From Promethearchaeota archaeon (GTDB lineage Archaea > Asgardarchaeota > Lokiarchaeia > Sigyniarchaeales > Promethearchaeaceae): 32,000 nucleotides of DNA. Shown here in pieces: positions 9,878-17,713 of the stretch (position 1 is the first letter of the stretch; each line of letters begins with the position of its first letter). Location of the stretch: assembly GCA_016933055.1 (NCBI GenBank), contig JAFGBS010000008.1, positions 150,001 through 182,000 on the forward strand, given 5' to 3'. The notes below the pieces were generated by a model. It did not search any database and was not told where the DNA came from. It saw only the letters and a list, made by a program, of their open reading frames with translations. The position numbers and the translations under genes are program-made.

Positions 9878-10629
9878 CTCTCCGGAAACTCAATATTATA
9901 TTTCAGCATATAATCCTCTAATTCTTTTGGAAGAGATGAACTAATGGTTATGTTTCGCTCTTTCATTAACTCAGTTGCACTTTTTCTCCGATCACTGTAT
10001 TCGGGAAATATTTTCGCAAAAATCATGCGTAATGTTTTCAATCTTGCTTGAATTAAATCTTCAATTGTATTACTAACAGTTATTGTATTCCCTCGGTTAG
10101 AAATTTTAAATCCCCCAATACAATCGAGAATTTTGGGTTCCAGTTGCAACTTCTTATTTCCGATTTCTTTTTGGATTGTGGGAAATTGATTTTTATCCCT
10201 CTGATTTAATTGTATATAAACAGTATTTTTGAATATTTTTGAAGTGTCATCAATCTCCTTAACCATTTTTTTAATATATGAATCGTAATTATCTTCGATA
10301 TGTGATTGGATTTGATTTATGAGGGATTGAGCATAATCTTCGAACATCGTATTTTTTTTCGACAGAATTTTCAAATTTAGGTCTTTAACATTTTCTGATA
10401 TTTGTTGATTTAATTGTGTTTCATAATTTCGTAGAAAATTCTCTGTTTTTTCACGTAAATCCCTCGTTAAATTAGTGATAAATTCAGAATTGATCTCCTT
10501 TATCCGCTTTTCCTTTTGATTATTTATTTCTTTTACTTCGGATTTAGCTTTTCTTGCCATATTATAGCCGATTGCTTGGAATTGCTTGAAAAAGTCATTA
10601 TTTTTCATCTTTTCCCTCCTAAATATCAA
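9874..10629 (-). CDS. atpE: A/V-type ATP synthase subunit E
   Basis: N-terminal coiled coil, IGGFKISN...ITVSNTIE C-domain motif, position directly upstream of atpA. The start may be MKNND (10608). Confidence 0.85.
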   Translation of the reverse strand: MIFRREKMKNNDFFKQFQAIGYNMARKAKSEVKEINNQKEKRIKEINSEFITNLTRDLREKTENFLRNYETQLNQQISENVKDLNLKILSKKNTMFEDYAQSLINQIQSHIEDNYDSYIKKMVKEIDDTSKIFKNTVYIQLNQRDKNQFPTIQKEIGNKKLQLEPKILDCIGGFKISNRGNTITVSNTIEDLIQARLKTLRMIFAKIFPEYSDRRKSATELMKERNITISSSLPKELEDYMLKYNIEFPER

Positions 10630-10924
10630 TTCCTATATATTTTCGTGCTAATTCCTGACTATAGTTTTCCCTAAATTCCGAAATAATACTGGGAATTTCC
10701 ACAATGATAGGAAGACGTCTTTGCATTTTAAAAGGGAATATAATATTCCGATATTTTACCAATAGACCCTCCGAAATGATAATAATACCTACTTCTGGAT
10801 CCGATGTAATGCTTTCAAATTTTTCCTCAAATCCGGGTTCGTCTTTTTCATGAATAATTCCCTCAATTCCGACCAAATGGAATAAATTTACGGAATCCTC
10901 ATCCCCAAACATGATAATTTTCAT
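10619..10924 (-). CDS. atpF: A/V-type ATP synthase subunit F
   Basis: MKIIMFGDEDSVNLFHLVGI, DPEVGIIIISE, PIIVEIPS, KYIGIDI. Confidence 0.93.
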   Translation of the reverse strand: MKIIMFGDEDSVNLFHLVGIEGIIHEKDEPGFEEKFESITSDPEVGIIIISEGLLVKYRNIIFPFKMQRRLPIIVEIPSIISEFRENYSQELARKYIGIDI

Positions 10925-11338
10925 TTAAAATCCTAACTCCAATTCCTTTATACCCATATCAATGAGTTTCTTCTTGTTTTTGATATAGAGGTCTTCCAAG
11001 ACTTTCATTTGAATATCTACTTTCACCTCGTGTTCTTCTAAGGTCAATTCTATATCTAATTTAAGGTTCTGAAAATCCTCCAATAATTTATTTTTATGTT
11101 CGTTAATCAATTGGTCATAAAATTTTGCATTTCTAATTTCCACTTCGTAAATTTCATCTTTTTTTTGCTGCTTTGCAGTTGAAATAACAAAGTCATAGCG
11201 TTCTTCGAAACTCCTCGCCATTTTAAAGACATCTCCCTCTTCTTGTATAATATGACTGTGAGTTTCCATGAAATCTTGTACTTGCTTAGTGTAAATGTCC
11301 TCATATAACTTTTTCGGTTCTTTTTTCGCTTTAGGCAT
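10925..11338 (-). CDS. atpH: Probable peripheral-stalk subunit H/G of the A/V-ATPase (divergent)
   Basis: All-helical, highly charged 137 aa, embedded between atpC and atpF with 0-4 nt gaps; H is the only subunit otherwise missing. Sequence similarity is weak. Confidence 0.55.
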   Translation of the reverse strand: MPKAKKEPKKLYEDIYTKQVQDFMETHSHIIQEEGDVFKMARSFEERYDFVISTAKQQKKDEIYEVEIRNAKFYDQLINEHKNKLLEDFQNLKLDIELTLEEHEVKVDIQMKVLEDLYIKNKKKLIDMGIKELELGF

Positions 11339-11342
11339 CGTA

Positions 11343-12410
11343 TTAATCCTTCATCTTGTAAATTGCTTTCACAAATAATCCTAATACCCGATAAATTTCG
11401 TTTTCTTTATTAAATATGAATGATAGAACTCGCTTAATGGTTAATGCGTCAATATCGGCAATATCAGATTCTTCTAATTTTTGAAAAATGTTTTTATTCA
11501 ATACAGAGAGGATATGGGTTAGAAGTTCTGAATCAATTGTATATTTTTGCAATTGTGTCTTTCTAAAAAAATCATTTCTATTGATTACGTTTTTCAATTT
11601 GCTTATGAAATCAGCTCTTGTATCAGATGTTATGAAATCAGAAATAATTTCAGAAGTAAAAATACTACCCGAGGGGAGTATTAACTGATGCAGTAAGCTT
11701 TTAGGTATATTATTTCTGTAACTGCGAAAAATTAGCATCAAATTGTATTTCTGAACCATTGTATCAACATAATTATTGAAAATTACTTTTTCTATTCCTT
11801 TGAATTCGGAACTTTCCTCATGAAGATATTCGACATAGAATTTGTCTAAAAGAGCTTCGAGTAAAAAAATCTCTTTTGTCTGCTCAAAATAATAGAATCC
11901 TCGTTTTATTACTTTAGCGTAACGCGATTTCGATAAGATCCGCATTATATATGTTATTTCTCTTTGTTTAAGAAGATCATTCATAAATTTAGTCCGTTGA
12001 AGCAGTTCTTCTGGCTTCATCAATATTTCATTTTGGATTGCGTCTTTATCCATTTTTGCCAAAGTTCCTGCCAAGAGGGTTTTCAAATTCCAGATTTCAT
12101 AACGATATAATATTGAACGCAGGAATTTTTGTAACTGAATAGGCGAGGATGCCAAAATTTTCTCAAAAATTTTCATATAGACATTATATAATTCTTTTTC
12201 GATCTGAATAATAGAAGGCTTATAGTCAGGAAGGGCAGTATTTAATCCTGGATAGTATTGATCTATGCTATTTATTAAATTACGAACATCACTGATTCGT
12301 TGCAATTTCAAAAATTCATTTTGTGGAATTATTAAACTCTTCAGTGATGCAATTTTAATCATAGTGTATGCATAGCTAGGAACCACTACTCTCATGAATA
12401 AGACGGCCAT
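11343..12410 (-). CDS. atpC: A/V-type ATP synthase subunit C (d)
   Basis: YAYTMIKIASLKSLI (cf. YAY.NAR.RAM.S.LL), RYEIWNLKTLL, LEALLDKFY. The start may be MRVVV (12395). Confidence 0.88.
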   Translation of the reverse strand: MAVLFMRVVVPSYAYTMIKIASLKSLIIPQNEFLKLQRISDVRNLINSIDQYYPGLNTALPDYKPSIIQIEKELYNVYMKIFEKILASSPIQLQKFLRSILYRYEIWNLKTLLAGTLAKMDKDAIQNEILMKPEELLQRTKFMNDLLKQREITYIMRILSKSRYAKVIKRGFYYFEQTKEIFLLEALLDKFYVEYLHEESSEFKGIEKVIFNNYVDTMVQKYNLMLIFRSYRNNIPKSLLHQLILPSGSIFTSEIISDFITSDTRADFISKLKNVINRNDFFRKTQLQKYTIDSELLTHILSVLNKNIFQKLEESDIADIDALTIKRVLSFIFNKENEIYRVLGLFVKAIYKMKD

Positions 12411-12421
12411 TAATTTTTTAC

Positions 12422-12796
12422 TTACGCAGGACTGGGAATTTTAAGCCATAAGAGGATTCCGACAATTAATCCATAAATAGCTAATGCTTCACCTAATGCA
12501 ATAACCAAGAACGCCTTAAAAAAGACTCCCTCGTTTTCAGTTAATGCAGATATCGCAGCAGTCCCAACGGTTTTAATAACCATACCGGCTGCTAGTGTCG
12601 ATCCTACTATAGCTGCAGCAGCAGATAATCCTAGTACCCAAGCTGTTACAGCATTGAAAGGTGTATCGTCCCCCGTTTGGGCACGTCCCAATCCAATAAA
12701 CAAATTTACTATTAGAAATGCTACAACCACAAAAAATATCTGTAGTACAACCAAACTTAAGATGAATTTTGACTTTTTATTTTTCATCGTATACAT
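12422..12796 (-). CDS. atpK: A/V-type ATP synthase subunit K (c), single hairpin with N-terminal signal-like helix
   Basis: Gly/Ala-rich TM hairpin, ALTENE..F, ion-binding Glu in ALGEALAIYGL. Confidence 0.95.
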   Translation of the reverse strand: MYTMKNKKSKFILSLVVLQIFFVVVAFLIVNLFIGLGRAQTGDDTPFNAVTAWVLGLSAAAAIVGSTLAAGMVIKTVGTAAISALTENEGVFFKAFLVIALGEALAIYGLIVGILLWLKIPSPA

Positions 12797-12870
12797 CTTC
12801 GTCGCATTTAATATCTAAAACAAATTGTAATCTTATTTATTTGTTATTTTATCTCGTGGTTTCTTTCCTA

Positions 12871-13314
12871 TCAATCTTTCGTAAAAAACTCGTTCAATCT
12901 TTGACAATTAGGACATTTTTCCATTTGTCGAGTTAGCAAGAAACCGCACTTACAAAGATGGATTAATGGAGGTCTATATTCTACATTCAATTTAGATTCG
13001 GGTTTTGCCTTAATTTTTCTTTTTTTTGGTCCCTCAATCATCCTTACTAATGATGAGACAATACTAACTCGTTTACCACCACTTTTTTTTACCGGAAGAA
13101 ACGGTCCAAATAAAATTGCTAACGCAAAAACATATATCAACAGTTTAATCCATAAATGAAACTCTTTGAGTTCAGGAAATCGATCCGTACTCATAAGAAA
13201 AAAGAAAACAATAGAATATACTGCTAGTAAAAATAGAAAAATAACCCATTTTGAGGTCGAATTTTTTAAGTTCTTTTCCTTAATATTTCTCTCTATTGGT
13301 ATCGATCCACTCAC
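12871..13314 (-). CDS. Hypothetical two-TM membrane protein with C-terminal Zn ribbon
   Basis: Two hydrophobic helices, then a Lys-rich linker and LCKCG...KCPNC; GTG start. Confidence 0.7.
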   Translation of the reverse strand: MSGSIPIERNIKEKNLKNSTSKWVIFLFLLAVYSIVFFFLMSTDRFPELKEFHLWIKLLIYVFALAILFGPFLPVKKSGGKRVSIVSSLVRMIEGPKKRKIKAKPESKLNVEYRPPLIHLCKCGFLLTRQMEKCPNCQRLNEFFTKD

Positions 13315-13344
13315 AATAATGCATTCCTGAATATGCGTTAAGGA

Positions 13345-13983
13345 TTAAAGGGTTGCTAATAATATTCGAATGTGATCCGCTGCATAATGAGCACGATCTC
13401 CTGCTTCCTCTATTTGATACATCGCTGCCCTAATCTGAAGAACAAGTTTAATATCTAAATCGGAGTCAAATAAATATGCTTCACAATTTCGATAGGCAGT
13501 GTCAATCATTTCTTCGGTAGAATCGATTTTATCCAAATATTTGGGAGTTTGTTGGATATTGCCTTCTAAAAGCGATTTTATGGCTGATTTGAAATGCCCT
13601 CCCATATTAAGAATTGCCTCCAATAAAGGTTTTATATAAGATGCCAGGTTTTCATCTGGTTTGTAACTTTCTTTAATTCTGCTAATACGTGAGGATACTC
13701 CCTCAACGATGTCAGCAATCATATCTGTACGTAAAGTTAAGCGAATGAAATCAGATCTTCGCATGGATGCTTGTGCTTGAGAGATCATCTCATATAGTAC
13801 CAATTTATCTTTATTTGCATCTCGTTCCGATTGTTTAACACGTTTAAGGGTTTTATCCATATTCTCGCGATCATTATCTAACCATGCATGTACATATTTT
13901 GTCATGACTCTAATTGTATGATCTATGTGCATTACATGTTCTGACATTTTTCTTAGGATTTTTATGTCTGCTGGGTTTAACAT
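13345..13983 (-). CDS. DUF47 / PhoU-like phosphate transport regulator family protein
   Basis: Two helical repeats (SERDANKDK...RRSDFIRL...DMIADIVE; STEEMIDTAYR...IEEAGDRAHYAAD). Start placed at MLNPAD (13983) behind GGAG. Confidence 0.85.
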   Translation of the reverse strand: MLNPADIKILRKMSEHVMHIDHTIRVMTKYVHAWLDNDRENMDKTLKRVKQSERDANKDKLVLYEMISQAQASMRRSDFIRLTLRTDMIADIVEGVSSRISRIKESYKPDENLASYIKPLLEAILNMGGHFKSAIKSLLEGNIQQTPKYLDKIDSTEEMIDTAYRNCEAYLFDSDLDIKLVLQIRAAMYQIEEAGDRAHYAADHIRILLATL

Positions 13984-14042
13984 ATCGAGTTCTCCATAGT
14001 ATAGGAAAACATTGATTAAACACACTTAAAAACAATCTTATA

Positions 14043-14837
14043 TTACGATAGAAAACTAAGTAAAAATCCTAATGCTGCAGTTATAATTCCCACGATAGTC
14101 ATTTTAATTCCATAATTCCAGATAGAATCCTTGGAAATCTTAGCTAAATATGCTCCAAGCCCGAAGAGAAGAAATCCCATTAAAATAAATGAGAGCATAT
14201 ATATCCACCATGCTGGATTTTGTATAAACAAAAATGGGATTACCACTGCAAAACCTCCCACAGCAGGAGCCACACCGTTGATTAGGGATGCTACCCATGA
14301 TGCATAACGCTCTGCAAGTTCTGCAATTGTTTTTTCTGTTTTTTTAAAAGAAGTGCGTTTAGATGACACAGGAAGAGGATCAACTGAAATTTTTTCTATA
14401 TCAACATCCTTACTCTCCTCTTCAAACTTTTTGATATGTTTAGTTGGGTAATAATCATCTATGTTATACTTAGGTACACTTGCAGCTGTTAGTGGCGTCA
14501 CATCTTCATTTGATAATGCCATCGCTCTTCTTAATTCTATTATATTTCTCTTTCGTTCTGCACGCTCTGATAGAAACCCGCCAGTAATTCCAGAAATACC
14601 TATTGCGATAGAAGTTGCAAGAGCTTGAATTATAATAGCTGGACGATTCGGAGCATTCTCGGTCGTAAGAAATAAAATAAAACTACCAATAACGATACCT
14701 AAAACGGTTAACACGCCATCAAAAAAGTTCATAACGAAGTATCTGCGAGCAATCTCTCCCAAATCTGTCATTTCTCCATATAGTTTCCATCTTTCCCATA
14801 CATTCATATCTTTACCATAGGTTTTCTCCTCTTTCAT
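14043..14837 (-). CDS. VIT1/CCC1 family transporter (archaeal TIGR00267-like), paralog 2
   Basis: ARRYFVMNFFDGVLTVLG, AIGISG..GGFLSERAER, LGAYLAKIS; long acidic cytoplasmic insert. Confidence 0.85.
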   Translation of the reverse strand: MKEEKTYGKDMNVWERWKLYGEMTDLGEIARRYFVMNFFDGVLTVLGIVIGSFILFLTTENAPNRPAIIIQALATSIAIGISGITGGFLSERAERKRNIIELRRAMALSNEDVTPLTAASVPKYNIDDYYPTKHIKKFEEESKDVDIEKISVDPLPVSSKRTSFKKTEKTIAELAERYASWVASLINGVAPAVGGFAVVIPFLFIQNPAWWIYMLSFILMGFLLFGLGAYLAKISKDSIWNYGIKMTIVGIITAALGFLLSFLS

Positions 14838-14840
14838 ATT

Positions 14841-15662
14841 TCAATTTCCTCCAATTAATGATATAAGATATCCAATAATTGACGTGAGAATACCTGTTGC
14901 AACCATCGCTAATCCATATATCCATATTTTATCCCCGGAGATTTTTGCTAGATACGCACCTAATCCGAATAGAATAATCACTTCAATGATAAAAGAAATC
15001 ACAAAGATGGGGATAGTTAATCCAAAGAAGAAAGGGATTAAACCAAATACAGACCCTAAAGCAGGTGAAAATCCATCAATAACTGCAGCAATTGTCGATG
15101 AAAAAGATTCTGCTTTCTCAGTAAAAGATTTTTCTTCTTTCTGCTTACCGAATCTGAATCTTAATTTCTTACGTAACTGTTTTGCAGTTTGCGTAGGAGT
15201 AGTTTTAATCGGGCGCGGTAATGGATCAATATCTATAGATTCAACTTCCTCTCCATTAATGGTGTTTAGCTCGTCATCTTCAACATCGACCGTCGGATAA
15301 TAATCTTCTTCGTGTAAATATACTTCATTATTGCTGAAAGATGATTTATCATCGTCAATAAAAACCGCCATTGCCTCTCTAATTTCAATATTACTTCTAC
15401 GCAATTCTGCAGTTTCGGCAAGATATGCCCCTGCTAGACCTGAAATACCGATTGCAATAGTAGTAGCGTAACCTGTAATTAAAATTGATTTGCTACTTAT
15501 TTGTTGATCTCCTAAAAATAAAGCAAAATTAGCAATAATAATTCCTAAGCTAGTAAGAACTCCATCAAACGCGTTCATGACAAAATAACGTCGAACGATT
15601 TCATACATTTGTGTGATTTCAAAATATTGTTTCCATCGTGTGATAATTGGAATTTTTGACAT
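14841..15662 (-). CDS. VIT1/CCC1 family transporter (archaeal TIGR00267-like), paralog 1
   Basis: VRRYFVMNAFDGVLTSLG, AIGISGLAGAYLAETAE, LGAYLAKIS; long acidic cytoplasmic insert. Confidence 0.85.
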   Translation of the reverse strand: MSKIPIITRWKQYFEITQMYEIVRRYFVMNAFDGVLTSLGIIIANFALFLGDQQISSKSILITGYATTIAIGISGLAGAYLAETAELRRSNIEIREAMAVFIDDDKSSFSNNEVYLHEEDYYPTVDVEDDELNTINGEEVESIDIDPLPRPIKTTPTQTAKQLRKKLRFRFGKQKEEKSFTEKAESFSSTIAAVIDGFSPALGSVFGLIPFFFGLTIPIFVISFIIEVIILFGLGAYLAKISGDKIWIYGLAMVATGILTSIIGYLISLIGGN

Positions 15663-15977
15663 ACTGCAGATTTGACCTTTAGCTTCTCGCTGGATTAGGT
15701 AATAGAATTAAAAAGTAAAAAGTTTACCGAAAAATCAATCAATCAACACCTATCCCCCTACACCCAACCCCAAGAATTACCGTTTGTGTGGAAAATCATC
15801 ATTCGGGTAACATAAAGTCAACATGGATAACCGAACATCCCATGCGGATTCAACTGAATACGTAATGTAACTCGTAGTGTATAGAAACTTTTTCACTAAA
15901 AGAACCTAAACAAACTCTTTCGATAGAGATTTAGTGTAGTCAGTAGAACTCCTGGATGCAGGCACAAATTTCATGAT

Positions 15978-16928
15978 TTAATCTTCCGAAGTGGGGATAT
16001 TTGGTAATTGTCGTCTTTTCGTATCTGTTTGATCTGTTTCCAATTTTACAATGGGTGTTTTAGAAAGTTCTGATTTTTTCCTTGTCACTTCTGGAATTTT
16101 CCTAAATATTTCCGTTGCTTTTATCATTCCCGTTGTTTTATCCGTATATACACGAATTTGTTTGGTTGAAAAATCTATCACGTCTTTAGATAAATTTGGT
16201 ACAAAATCCCACGTTTCCGATTCGATTGTCTCCCCAAAAACTTCACTAGTTTTTTTACTCGGTGCATATAAACGATGTCCAATTATTATATTGACTCGTT
16301 CCATATTTTTAGGAGGATTCGACTGTAATATGTTTGCGATAATATCCAAATCTTGATTCACTCTATCTTCATTTGTTATAGAAATTGATTGTGAATAATC
16401 ATCTGATCTGGATTTTTTCATGGAAGGTGCTATACTAGTCCGAACACTGGAATGTATTGGTTCTTCTTCATCAGATTCTTCTAGTAGAGGACTCCAATAG
16501 TCTCCTTCTATATTGGCATCTTTAATAGTTTGTTTGATTTGCTCCTCTTTTATTCGATCGCGTTCGATATTTCGGATATAGACCATATCGTTAATTTTTT
16601 CCGTAACCTCCATACTTTCAAGATTAAATGTAGAAAGAAATTCGATGGGTTCATCTCCCGCGTCAACACTCACAATTTTCAAATGTCTTCCGGATTCCTT
16701 TCTTATTTCTTCTTGAATTTTGGCCGCAACTCTAGATGAGATAAATCGTTTTCGGACTGGTGCTTTAGGACCTTTCCAAATCCACATTCTACGCATGTCT
16801 TGTTTGATGAAGATCAGTACATCATCTGGATGTAGTCTATCCTCAATAGAATCTTCTCCTATATCCATTTCCTTGTGTGTACCATCATTTTCAAGGCTAT
16901 AGCATAAAAATTCCTGATATTCGATCAT
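15978..16928 (-). CDS. Asgard gelsolin-domain protein (one gelsolin domain + linker + C-terminal domain; 1DGelX-like)
   Basis: LHPDDVLIFI...MWIWKG...RKRF.SSRVAAKI...IVSVDAGDEPIEFL matches the gelsolin-repeat pattern (L..DDV.I.D....IWxW.G...A..A..I.....EG.E..EF). Confidence 0.8.
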   Translation of the reverse strand: MIEYQEFLCYSLENDGTHKEMDIGEDSIEDRLHPDDVLIFIKQDMRRMWIWKGPKAPVRKRFISSRVAAKIQEEIRKESGRHLKIVSVDAGDEPIEFLSTFNLESMEVTEKINDMVYIRNIERDRIKEEQIKQTIKDANIEGDYWSPLLEESDEEEPIHSSVRTSIAPSMKKSRSDDYSQSISITNEDRVNQDLDIIANILQSNPPKNMERVNIIIGHRLYAPSKKTSEVFGETIESETWDFVPNLSKDVIDFSTKQIRVYTDKTTGMIKATEIFRKIPEVTRKKSELSKTPIVKLETDQTDTKRRQLPNIPTSED

Positions 16929-17117
16929 TTGATTACCCTCTGATCCCCTAGGTCGACTTCATCAACCTATTGGTTTAACTTCAGTCGGATACTTAAAATA
17001 TACAAGTGTGATTGAACCTAAAAAACTATTCACAAATACAATTCCCATGATTGACGACACAATCAACAGATTAGACATGAGGTAGAAATAAATATAAAAT
17101 AGGAATAGAGATGACTT

Positions 17118-17696
17118 TTATCTCATAAAGGTGGGAAGAAGTTGTTTATAGATTTCAGAAAGCTCCTCAATTTTAGCGATATCTTGAATATGAACTCCGA
17201 GTAAAATTGTCTTTTCTAAGAGGGATTTTTCCAGCCATCCTCCCGCAAATACGACATTTTTTCGTGTCCACACCAGCAAGAATTTAATATTAGGATTATT
17301 AATAAGGTCAATTTCAGGAGTAATCTTTAGAAGGTCATAAATTTTTTCATAAATAACATCCGATTTTTTATGGGCCTTGGATAGTTTTGTTTCCTCGACT
17401 AGAATCCTTCGGTCGTTTATAACGACTTGGATTTTTGTTCCACTTCGAGCTTTTTTTATCAAAATATCCGCAAACTTTGGTCCCATTTTCGGTGTGACTA
17501 CTTTTAGTTCGTCACGGGCGGACTCAATAACTTCAGTAATTTTTGAATATAGATTAATCTGGGATTCGGATGCTCCCGAAGAAAAAATATAAACACTTCC
17601 AGCAATCCGCGTTAAAGTGTCTTCTAATTCATCGAGTTTCTTTTTTAATTTAATATTTTCACCCTTTAACATACTAGCAAGACTTTGCTTTTCCAT
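17118..17696 (-). CDS. Coiled-coil + phospholipase-D-like fold protein lacking the HKD motif
   Basis: ITEVIESARDELKVVTP...LIKKARSGTKIQVVIND matches the PLD_2 scaffold. The HxKxxxxD position reads NIKFLLVWT and GSxN reads AGGWL. Confidence 0.65.
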   Translation of the reverse strand: MEKQSLASMLKGENIKLKKKLDELEDTLTRIAGSVYIFSSGASESQINLYSKITEVIESARDELKVVTPKMGPKFADILIKKARSGTKIQVVINDRRILVEETKLSKAHKKSDVIYEKIYDLLKITPEIDLINNPNIKFLLVWTRKNVVFAGGWLEKSLLEKTILLGVHIQDIAKIEELSEIYKQLLPTFMR

Positions 17697-17713
17697 TTAT
17701 TCTCCTTCCTTAT

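Noticed and set aside
15780-15860. Box C/D sRNA (ATGATGA on the minus strand)
   Set aside because: No downstream CTGA D/D' boxes at guide-length spacing.
16959-16984. CTGA...TTGATGA K-loop/K-turn in the gelsolin leader (L7Ae site)
   Set aside because: The spacer is 15-16 nt and mostly unpaired; motifs this short arise by chance.
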